Shown here in pieces: positions 9,766 through 17,643 of a DNA stretch of 64,000 bases (within the stretch, counting starts at the first letter, position 1; each line of letters starts with the position of its first letter). The stretch lies in contig DATICB010000011.1 in NCBI GenBank assembly GCA_035457005.1, positions 4,098 to 68,097 on the forward strand, read 5' to 3'. Below the pieces are notes generated by a model. That model saw only the letters and a program-made list of their open reading frames with translations. It was not told where the DNA came from and ran no database searches. The DNA is from Patescibacteria group bacterium. GTDB lineage: Bacteria; Patescibacteriota; Microgenomatia; Levybacterales; UBA12049. The position numbers and the translations under genes are program-made.

Positions 9766-11010
9766 TTGCCCTGTAGTATGAAAACGAATACAGAAAGACA
9801 AGGTCTTTTTGACCACGGAAAACGGTATAGACTGCATAGCAAAGGCTTTGGCAGTACGAACACCACTACTCCATTTACCGAATATGTTACCAGGACGGAA
9901 GAGCTTAATCACCCAAAGCGTGTGGAGCATAATTTCTTCAGATCCCAACCCGTCCTTCTTCATTACCAACTCACTGACGGATCGGAAGTAGTCATGCATC
10001 GACCAGGAAATCCCTACGGCCCGGTTGATTCTCTTGTTGTCGCGAAAGATGAAAGCGTCAAGCATATGTCTCCTGAGACCTTGACACAAAAAAGTATTTA
10101 CGACATGTCTCCTCTTGCTCAGCGAAAGTATTGGCAGGTTGCCATGGCTGAATTAGTAGCGCTCGACCAGATTAAGCCTCCAAAAAGAAGACATGGGCCG
10201 CTTCATGCTGTACTTATGGAAAACAACACACCAATTTCGCTTCTTGACAGTAAGTACAAAGATGAGTCTGGCTACTCTCCGCGCACATCCCGTACTATTT
10301 TTATTCCTCATGCCCATGTCACGCTTATGGACACATCATGGCTGCAGGAAGCAGATTGGCATATTCCAGAATTAGACAAAGAACAATCCTTTATTCGATA
10401 CATACAAAATAGCGATACGGGAGAGAATTTTCTTCAAAATATGCAAGCAAGAATACAAAGTGAAAATCACCTCTCACTTCAATTGAGAAAGGAAAAAAGA
10501 GTTCCTGTGGGCTACAGTATGACTATTGATTCTCTAACGCCAGACAATATTCTTGACAACATTGACACGCTGACTCAGCTTATGTCCTCACATCATGCTG
10601 CCTATGCGCAAGCAGCTCAAGCGTTGCAGGAAAAGTTTGACACAAAGGGGACTATTCCTCAACCCTCATACAGACTGTATGCTTTCTTTTCTGAATCAGG
10701 TGATGGTGAACCAAAAAAACTCACGCTTCGCATTGCTCCGGAAATTTTTTCCCACTCTGGTGTTATGGAAGCAGCAGGGGTTGAAATGCTTCGCGATCCC
10801 CACTATGAAAATCCATTATCACAAAGGCAAACGGACAGACATAGAAGACGATGGATAAGAAAAGTCGAAGAGCTTACAGAAAGAGACACTACCGGAGAAG
10901 CGCAGCGAACCTTATACCGCGAGAAATTACAACTGGTAAGAGAAGAAGGAAAAAAGCTTCCGCGACTTCGACGAATAAATGCAAATTTTCCAGAACCCGA
11001 GCTTCTTTAG
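9766..11010 (+). CDS. Hypothetical protein (414 aa, GC-richer than surroundings)
   Basis: Long ORF lying between two tRNA genes; no confidently recognisable domain (IPHAHVTLMD His-rich motif only). Confidence 0.5.
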   Translation: MPCSMKTNTERQGLFDHGKRYRLHSKGFGSTNTTTPFTEYVTRTEELNHPKRVEHNFFRSQPVLLHYQLTDGSEVVMHRPGNPYGPVDSLVVAKDESVKHMSPETLTQKSIYDMSPLAQRKYWQVAMAELVALDQIKPPKRRHGPLHAVLMENNTPISLLDSKYKDESGYSPRTSRTIFIPHAHVTLMDTSWLQEADWHIPELDKEQSFIRYIQNSDTGENFLQNMQARIQSENHLSLQLRKEKRVPVGYSMTIDSLTPDNILDNIDTLTQLMSSHHAAYAQAAQALQEKFDTKGTIPQPSYRLYAFFSESGDGEPKKLTLRIAPEIFSHSGVMEAAGVEMLRDPHYENPLSQRQTDRHRRRWIRKVEELTERDTTGEAQRTLYREKLQLVREEGKKLPRLRRINANFPEPELL

Positions 11011-11058
11011 TGTACTGAGCGTGAAATGGAAAGAAAAGTCTGGTAAAATAGGGAAGTT

Positions 11059-11132
11059 GCACCTGTAGCTCAGTGGATTAGAGCACTTCGCTTCGGACGA
11101 AGGGGTCGGGGGTTCGAGTCCCTCCAGGTGCG
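11059..11132 (+). tRNA. tRNA-Arg (anticodon TCG)
   Basis: Acceptor gcacctg/caggtgc, anticodon loop cuUCGga, T-arm ggggg-ttcgagt-ccctc; no encoded CCA. Confidence 0.85.
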
Positions 11133-11133
11133 C

Positions 11134-11176
11134 AATAATCTTTCCAGGCTTTAGTCTTGAAAGATTATTATTGTTT
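11134..11176 (+). terminator. Hairpin after tRNA-Arg (aataatctttc...gaaagattatt) followed by a T-rich tract
   Basis: 11-bp perfect inverted repeat immediately 3' of the tRNA. Confidence 0.5.
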
Positions 11177-11236
11177 TAGGAGTACTCGAAGCAGTCTCTT
11201 CACAGCACAACTTCATTCATACTCTATTCACCAAAA

Positions 11237-13654
11237 ATGCGCTACAATAACGCAATGAAACATTTTTTCACCACAATAAAATTCCTTATTGGTTGGCCGC
11301 TTTCCCTTGTTGCTCTTTTTTTTGTTGGGAAAGCACTCATTGGCAAAGGAGCAGTGATAACCCAGATCCACTCACTCAATATACTTCCACTTGTCATGTC
11401 ACTTGGTTGTTTTATTGCATTTTTTGTTTTGCGTGTTCTTTTTTGGCAAAAAATTCTCGCATACCAAAAAATGCATTTTTCTTTTAAAGAGACAGCACTT
11501 ACCTGGGGATTTTCCGAACTCAAACGCTATATTCCCGGAACAATTTGGCCAATTCTTGGGAGATCCAGTGCATACGAAAAATTGGGAGCCGAGAAAAAAG
11601 CAATTCTTGCAAGCATTCTCCACGAAGCGGAATTCTTAGGAGTCGCGTGTCTTACCATCACTATTTTTTCTCTTAATTTTTTGTATTATGGAATCCTCGG
11701 TCAACACAATGTCTTAATTCCATCGCTTATCGGTATAGTAATTGGCATTGTAGCCTTGATTTTTGTTTTTCACAAGCCACTTCTTAAGAAAAACTCCGGA
11801 ATTTTTCGCTTGTTGCCCAATTTTCCTCCCAAACAGATGCTGAGTCTTTTTGGTATTATGATCAGCGCATTTTTGCTTTTTGGCCTCGCAACATACTTCG
11901 CAATTGATGCAATTGTTCCGCTTTTTATTCCCCACATTTTGCCACTTTCTGCATTTTTTGTTTTTGCTTTTTTGGCAGGCTATCTTTCTTTTCTTGCACC
12001 AATGGGTTTGGGAGTACGAGAAGGGATTGTCACGATTGGTCTTACCAAATATGTTTCTTTATCAGAAAGCGCTTTGGGTGCTCTTTTTTCCCGTGTTATA
12101 CAAATACTCAGCGAATTACTTTTCTTACTTTTGTGTGTTGTCTGGAAAAAAGTTTCTGCCAAAACAAAAAAAGTAGAGCAGTTTATCTTAGCCTATAAGT
12201 ACGAACTCGCAACTCTTTTTACGTCATGTTGTTACACAGTTTATTTCAGCATTGCAAGCATCCTTCGCTACAACAATTTTTTTACCGGCAGATTTGATTT
12301 GGGAAATATGGATCAAACAGTCTGGAACACTATCCATGGCAGACTTTTCCAGCTTACAGACCCTAATGGAACAAGTATTGTCTCACGCCTAGCTTTTCAT
12401 GCAGATTTTACGCTTATTTTTCTTTCTCCTTTTTATCTTATTTGGCAAGACCCGCGAATGCTTCTTCTCCTTCAGTCTCTTGCTTTAGGACTTGGCGGCA
12501 TTTTTGTCTACCTGATTGCGCAAAATGTCCTTAACAAAAAATCACTTTCCTTTGCATTTGCGCTTTCTTACTATCTCTATCCAGCAATTGCCTATGCCAA
12601 TTTGTATGATTTCCACACAGTAACACTTGCTGTCTGTTTATTTTTGGCTAGTTGGTACACCATGCTTAAGAAGAAGTATTTTATAGCAACAATCCTCCTT
12701 CTTCTTGCCGCAACAACCAAAGAAGAAGTGTGGTTCATTACCGGGCTTTTCGGATTATTTTTTATTTTTTGGAAAAAACAATATATTCTTGGCACGCTTC
12801 TTTCTCTTGTTTCATTTAGCCTTTTTTATCTGCTTATTTGGCACGCTATTCCTTTCTTCCATGGAGGTGCTCACTTTGCACTTTCTTATTATTCTGATTT
12901 TGGCACGTCGCCAAGTGCAGTTGTAGCCAACATTCTCCTTTCTCCTCTTAAAATTATTATGGATGTCCTACGAAAAGGTCAACTTGTCTACCTTTTTGAA
13001 TTATTTGGTCCGCTTTTTTTCCTGCCTCTTTTTGCCCTCCCATTTCTTATTTTTGCTTTTCCTGATTTGGCAATTAGCCTTTTGTCTCAAAATGCGCAGC
13101 TACATACTATTTATTATCACTATGCTGCTATTCCCACACCGTTCCTTTTTCTCGCAGCAGTCTATGGATTTGCTCGTCTTGCCAAAAAATTTCCTCAATT
13201 TTTTGGGTCTTTCGGCATGCTTATTATTCTTGTCCCGGCAGTGGTAAGCGCTTACGCATTCGGGCCATTGCCCGGAGCGTATCACATGAGTGATGCTATG
13301 TTTGTGAGTCAATTGCCTTATGCGCGTCTTATTGACACATTTTTGCTTTCAATTCCCAGAAAATACAGCGTTGCCGCGACCAATAATGTTGGCTCACACT
13401 TATCCCACAGACAAAAAATATTTACTATTCCAGTTGGTTTGCAAGACGCAGACATTGTCGTTTTCCTTCTTGACGATTCATATGCACAACCCTCGCTGAA
13501 AGACCAGAAAAAAATGGCACAAGAGCTGGATAAAAACCCTGCATACATAAAGCTATTTTCATATCAGGACTTCGTTGTGTACAAGAAAAAAAGTGTTCCA
13601 ACCTATTATAAAAAACACAACACTAATATTTTGCCACTGTTTAAAGGAAATTAA
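11237..13654 (+). CDS. Fusion membrane protein: flippase-like (UPF0104/LPG-synthase-TM-like) N-terminal domain plus DUF2079 C-terminal domain
   Basis: 805 aa, more than 20 TM helices. The RFDLGNMDQTVWNTIHGRLF motif is typical of DUF2079. Confidence 0.55.
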   Translation: MRYNNAMKHFFTTIKFLIGWPLSLVALFFVGKALIGKGAVITQIHSLNILPLVMSLGCFIAFFVLRVLFWQKILAYQKMHFSFKETALTWGFSELKRYIPGTIWPILGRSSAYEKLGAEKKAILASILHEAEFLGVACLTITIFSLNFLYYGILGQHNVLIPSLIGIVIGIVALIFVFHKPLLKKNSGIFRLLPNFPPKQMLSLFGIMISAFLLFGLATYFAIDAIVPLFIPHILPLSAFFVFAFLAGYLSFLAPMGLGVREGIVTIGLTKYVSLSESALGALFSRVIQILSELLFLLLCVVWKKVSAKTKKVEQFILAYKYELATLFTSCCYTVYFSIASILRYNNFFTGRFDLGNMDQTVWNTIHGRLFQLTDPNGTSIVSRLAFHADFTLIFLSPFYLIWQDPRMLLLLQSLALGLGGIFVYLIAQNVLNKKSLSFAFALSYYLYPAIAYANLYDFHTVTLAVCLFLASWYTMLKKKYFIATILLLLAATTKEEVWFITGLFGLFFIFWKKQYILGTLLSLVSFSLFYLLIWHAIPFFHGGAHFALSYYSDFGTSPSAVVANILLSPLKIIMDVLRKGQLVYLFELFGPLFFLPLFALPFLIFAFPDLAISLLSQNAQLHTIYYHYAAIPTPFLFLAAVYGFARLAKKFPQFFGSFGMLIILVPAVVSAYAFGPLPGAYHMSDAMFVSQLPYARLIDTFLLSIPRKYSVAATNNVGSHLSHRQKIFTIPVGLQDADIVVFLLDDSYAQPSLKDQKKMAQELDKNPAYIKLFSYQDFVVYKKKSVPTYYKKHNTNILPLFKGN

Positions 13655-13735
13655 AAAGTATCATATGCTTTTTATTCTGAGCTTGCGAAGAATCTAGTGC
13701 TTGTTTTTATTTTTTCTTCAAATTACTATTAAGAT

Positions 13736-14563
13736 ATGGTTGATATTATTAAGGCCAATGGCGAAAAGCAGGCATTTTCCGAAGAAAAACTTCGTCACTC
13801 AATTCACCGAGCAGGAATCCCTAAAGATTTAGAAGAGAAAGTTGTTGCGCATATTCACACCAAACTCCACGAAGGCATGCACACAGCAGATATTTACAAA
13901 CACATTGTTGAATTTTTGGACACTGCCAATGCGTCGCATCAGCGAGCAAAATATTCACTCAAACAAGCAATTATGCAGCTGGGGCCAACAGGATATCCTT
14001 TTGAAAAATTTGTTGCCAGAATTTTAGATAGCGAAGGATTTAGCACAACAACAGATGTCATCGTAAAAGGGAGGTGCGTGAGTCACGAGGTAGATGTTGT
14101 TGCAACAAAAGGCAACGAAAAAGTTATGGTAGAGGCAAAATTTCACAACAGCACTGGCATTACTACAGATCTCCACGTTTCTTTATATACAAGAGCGAGA
14201 TTTGAAGACGTACAGGACTCGGAAAAATTTACCAAAGCAATGCTTGTTACTAATACCAAAATCACAACCGACGCGCTTACCTACGCGCAGTGTGTTGGTA
14301 CTGATGTGCTTGGCTGGTCGTATCCAGACAATGCCAGTCTTCGCGATTTGGTAGAAAAATACCATTTGCACCCCATAACCTCGCTTACCCAGCTTTCGCA
14401 AATGCAAAAACAGCAACTCCTTGAGCAGGAAATTGTGCTGTGTCAGGATTTGTCGACTCACCCCGAAGCACTTACCCAGCTTAATTTGCCCAAAGACAAG
14501 CAGGAAAGTGTCTTGTTAGAGGCCAAATCGCTCTGTAACACCTTGCAAGAAAAAGAAAATTAA
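13736..14563 (+). CDS. ATP-cone domain fused to an Mrr-like restriction endonuclease catalytic domain
   Basis: N-terminal VDIIKANGEKQAFSEEKLRHSIHRAG (ATP-cone). Central GYPFEKFVARILDSEGF...HEVDVVATKGNEKVMVEAKFH (Mrr_cat-like D-x-K core). Confidence 0.55.
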   Translation: MVDIIKANGEKQAFSEEKLRHSIHRAGIPKDLEEKVVAHIHTKLHEGMHTADIYKHIVEFLDTANASHQRAKYSLKQAIMQLGPTGYPFEKFVARILDSEGFSTTTDVIVKGRCVSHEVDVVATKGNEKVMVEAKFHNSTGITTDLHVSLYTRARFEDVQDSEKFTKAMLVTNTKITTDALTYAQCVGTDVLGWSYPDNASLRDLVEKYHLHPITSLTQLSQMQKQQLLEQEIVLCQDLSTHPEALTQLNLPKDKQESVLLEAKSLCNTLQEKEN

Positions 14564-14784
14564 TGTATACTATGGATAATATGACAGTTGGAAAAGAAGA
14601 ACCACAAGGAAAAGACAGAACACCAGGTACAGGCAATCGAGAGGTAAATGGGCGGCGAGGAGAGAAACAAAACCAAGAGCCTGGATTTGGAGGTCTTGAG
14701 TGGACAGAACCACGTCAAATCCAAAGAGGATCAAGTACTCCAACCACTCCAAAACCTGCAAAACAAACAGGAACCAGAGGTTAA
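14563..14784 (+). CDS. Small G/P/R-rich low-complexity protein
   Basis: GC-rich ORF with no hydrophobic core; part of a run of three. Confidence 0.3.
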   Translation: MYTMDNMTVGKEEPQGKDRTPGTGNREVNGRRGEKQNQEPGFGGLEWTEPRQIQRGSSTPTTPKPAKQTGTRG

Positions 14785-14824
14785 TTTAGCCTTATTTTAG
14801 CTCAGCAAAAGACAAATTTCCCCC

Positions 14825-15010
14825 TTGCAAAAAAATAAAATAGAGTATATAGTACTTCATATGAGATTTGGTAAAAGACAACCTACAGATAGTGGTTTAC
14901 CTAGAGGATTTGGGGATGTTCCAGAAAGACCAGGTGGAGTTGTACGACCTGGTGATATTAATGAAAGACCAGGTGGATGGCGCGGAAGACCCAATGGCCG
15001 CTTATTTTAA
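14825..15010 (+). CDS. Small G/P/R-rich low-complexity protein
   Basis: ERPGGVVRPGDINERPGGWRGRPNGR repeats. Confidence 0.3.
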   Translation: MQKNKIEYIVLHMRFGKRQPTDSGLPRGFGDVPERPGGVVRPGDINERPGGWRGRPNGRLF

Positions 15011-15044
15011 GTTTTGTTAATTTGTATACGTTTTTATTAAAAAC

Positions 15045-15215
15045 ATGTCGAGACGACAGGTAAAGGATCAGCCAGGAGTAACAAAAGAAGGTGTTAAGCA
15101 ACATGAAACCCAACCATGGGGCATAAAAGACCACGGCGAAAGGCCAACTGGACACCTTGCTGTACCACAACAAGGAACAAAAGTACCACCAACCAAAAGA
15201 TTAGAATCTCTTTAA
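15045..15215 (+). CDS. Small basic low-complexity protein (56 aa, below the ORF-track cutoff)
   Basis: ATG at 15045, in-frame TAA at 15213. Q/P/K/G-rich, GC-rich like its neighbours. Confidence 0.25.
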   Translation: MSRRQVKDQPGVTKEGVKQHETQPWGIKDHGERPTGHLAVPQQGTKVPPTKRLESL

Positions 15216-15231
15216 ACTACAACTTCTCTTT

Positions 15232-16467
15232 CTAGTACAATTTCCCCAATTCTTTCCGCTCCCATCTATCAGCTAAAAAGCCATTCGGCACGGTTGTTAG
15301 CTTGTCTGAGTAGAGCAAGAATCCATTGCGAATCGTGTGATCGCCAAAAACAGTATTTATATTGTCCACCACTTTTTGTAATTTTTCCTCCTTTTCTGTT
15401 GCAAAAAGTGACCGTGTCAGAAAATTCTCATCCTGCAAAAATCCCGCCCACACCGACACCTGACGAATATAGCTAGCTTGCGTGACTGAGCGCAAAAGTC
15501 CTGCTTTTTGCAAGATATCAAACATGTCTTTACCCGAGTTAACATAAAAATCTGTTGTTTTATGTCCACCAAATGACTCATCACCTCGTAGCCACACACC
15601 AATGCTGCGCGATTTTTTCCCTAACTTTCTCAACTTTATCCCAACTTCTTCCAAAAGCTCAAAAACTGTTTGCAAAATAACGCGCTTATTTGTCTCGTTT
15701 TTCGGCAAGCAGTAATTTCTGCCAACAGATTTTGTCTGAATAGCACTGCCAAAATGCACAACAGGTGTTTCGTCTTTGGCAAAAGCAACATTATGCAAAA
15801 AAGTTGCTTCGTGCGGACCAAATTCCGCAACTAATGCTCCTATGGGAATAGAACGAAGATCGAGCAAATTACGTATCCCAAGCATGTGCAAGCGTTTTTC
15901 TATGCGAAATCCTATACCACACACATCGGTAAGTGACGCCTTTTTGTACACATCGTCAACATTGTCCGGCGTAATTTTGGTAACGCCATTTGGCTTGTCC
16001 ATACCGCTCGCCATTTTGGCAAGCATTTTATTGTAACTCACACCAACCGAGACCGTAATAATTTCGCCCATTTCACGCTTTATGTGCTCTTTTAAACGAG
16101 CAATCAGACTATCTGTACCGCCAAATAAGTGTGCTGTTGCGCTAATGTCCAGGAAAAGCTCGTCAATGGAGAAAACCTCTAAATAAGGCGAGTAGAGCCG
16201 GCAAATTTGAATAAATTTTTTAGAAATCTCAAAATATTTTACAAAATGCGCAGGTGTTGTCACAATCTGCGGACAGACCTTTTTCGCCTGCCAATAACTG
16301 CTGCCACCTTTGACTCCCATTTTTTTTGCTTCTTTGCTGGCTGCAATAATTGCTGTTCGAGAATGTGCTGCAGTGACACCAACTGGCTTGCCTCGCAACT
16401 CTGGATGATCCTGCTGCTCAACACTCGCAAAAAAAGAGTCAAAATCTATATGTAAAATGGTCTTCAT
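15232..16467 (-). CDS. dinB: DNA polymerase IV (Y-family, DinB)
   Basis: ILHIDFDSFFASVEQQDHPELRGKPVGV N-terminus plus full-length Y-family polymerase similarity. Confidence 0.85.
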   Translation of the reverse strand: MKTILHIDFDSFFASVEQQDHPELRGKPVGVTAAHSRTAIIAASKEAKKMGVKGGSSYWQAKKVCPQIVTTPAHFVKYFEISKKFIQICRLYSPYLEVFSIDELFLDISATAHLFGGTDSLIARLKEHIKREMGEIITVSVGVSYNKMLAKMASGMDKPNGVTKITPDNVDDVYKKASLTDVCGIGFRIEKRLHMLGIRNLLDLRSIPIGALVAEFGPHEATFLHNVAFAKDETPVVHFGSAIQTKSVGRNYCLPKNETNKRVILQTVFELLEEVGIKLRKLGKKSRSIGVWLRGDESFGGHKTTDFYVNSGKDMFDILQKAGLLRSVTQASYIRQVSVWAGFLQDENFLTRSLFATEKEEKLQKVVDNINTVFGDHTIRNGFLLYSDKLTTVPNGFLADRWERKELGKLY

Positions 16468-16593
16468 ATTTTTTGAACATAGGGGAACTTTGTCATCCCG
16501 GACTTGATCCGGGATCCAGTTCCTTTAAAACCACGTCTTGTTTCTGGATTCTTGCCTTTGCAGGAATAACAAATCCATATAGGCGAACAAGAT

Positions 16594-16609
16594 TAGTACG
16601 ATCGTACTA
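16594..16609. promoter_or_regulatory. Perfect 16-nt palindrome TAGTACGATCGTACTA upstream of dinB; candidate LexA/SOS-type operator (GTAC-N4-GTAC)
   Basis: Read directly from the sequence; about 125 nt upstream of the dinB start codon. Confidence 0.35.
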
Positions 16610-16654
16610 CTTTTCCTTCATGACGGGCAAGAAGACAAAGTAGATCAAAATACA

Positions 16655-17551
16655 CTATATTCCGTAGCTGGAAAGCGGGGCATTGCCAATATGAATTCTT
16701 GGCAGTGAGAAAATATTTCCTTCACATTGGAATCGTCCGGGAAGTGTGGAAAAGGCAGCAACATACCCATTGTCTTTAAGCAGTTGCCACACCCAGCTGA
16801 CTGTTTGGCCAGATCCATATGGATATACCAAAATTGGCGATGTAGTTCCTAAGAATTGTCTAAGCTGATTTTGCGCTGTTGTTATTTCCTGGATATCTTT
16901 TTCTTTCGACCCTTGCGCCATAGGGAAATGAGACCATGTATGATTGTAGGCAACCATTGTCCTGCTTCCAACCATTTCCTTTAACTGATCCCACGAAAAG
17001 TACGAATTAGTACCGGCAACAACACCCAAAAGGCCAGTTGGTACCATAAGATTGCCAAGCAGGTGATATTTTTGCAATGTCGGATACGCATAGAGATAAT
17101 TATCTAAGTAGCCATCATCCATGGTGACGACTACCGATTTGCTCGGCACTTGTCCATGAGACAAAATAGCGTCAACCAATTGCTGAGCAGAGATAGTTGT
17201 GTAGCCATTTCCAGCCAAATATGCCATTTGCTTATCAAACTCACCGCTATCAACGCTCAGGGATGTCTGGCCTTTGGCTACGGCATCTGCTTGCGGCTGA
17301 ATGTGGTGGTAGAGTAAAACAGGCACCTGAAGACAATACCCACCAGCAGGTAACGTGGCTGTATCGGTAGCCGTTTTGTACGCTTCTTCGGAGAAAATGC
17401 TTGCCGCAGCCTGCATACAGGCCTTATTGCCTGTGCATAAATTGGTTGCCTCATCTGCAACAGAAACCGTGCCTAATTTATTGCTGAGAAAAAGCGCGCA
17501 GGCGACAATGACCGCTGAAAAAAGGCCAAAAAGTGCCACAGACAGCTTCAT
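16655..17551 (-). CDS. Polysaccharide deacetylase (NodB-homology domain) with N-terminal signal/anchor
   Basis: VPVLLYHHI...VVVTMDDGYLDNYLYAYP...YNHTWSH motifs. Confidence 0.7.
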   Translation of the reverse strand: MKLSVALFGLFSAVIVACALFLSNKLGTVSVADEATNLCTGNKACMQAAASIFSEEAYKTATDTATLPAGGYCLQVPVLLYHHIQPQADAVAKGQTSLSVDSGEFDKQMAYLAGNGYTTISAQQLVDAILSHGQVPSKSVVVTMDDGYLDNYLYAYPTLQKYHLLGNLMVPTGLLGVVAGTNSYFSWDQLKEMVGSRTMVAYNHTWSHFPMAQGSKEKDIQEITTAQNQLRQFLGTTSPILVYPYGSGQTVSWVWQLLKDNGYVAAFSTLPGRFQCEGNIFSLPRIHIGNAPLSSYGI

Positions 17552-17643
17552 GTCTGTATTATACTAAAATCTCCCTGCGTTGTGGAGTCAAACATGGTAT
17601 AATAGGCAAAAGCGCGAGAAGGCGCGATTTTTTGTAAAATCAT

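Noticed and set aside
17552-17643. Short GC hairpin plus T-run (gcgcgagaaggcgcgatttttt) just upstream of typA, read as a terminator
   Set aside because: Neither flanking gene ends there, since both diverge from this region, and the stem is only 4 bp. Treated as promoter-region sequence rather than a terminator.
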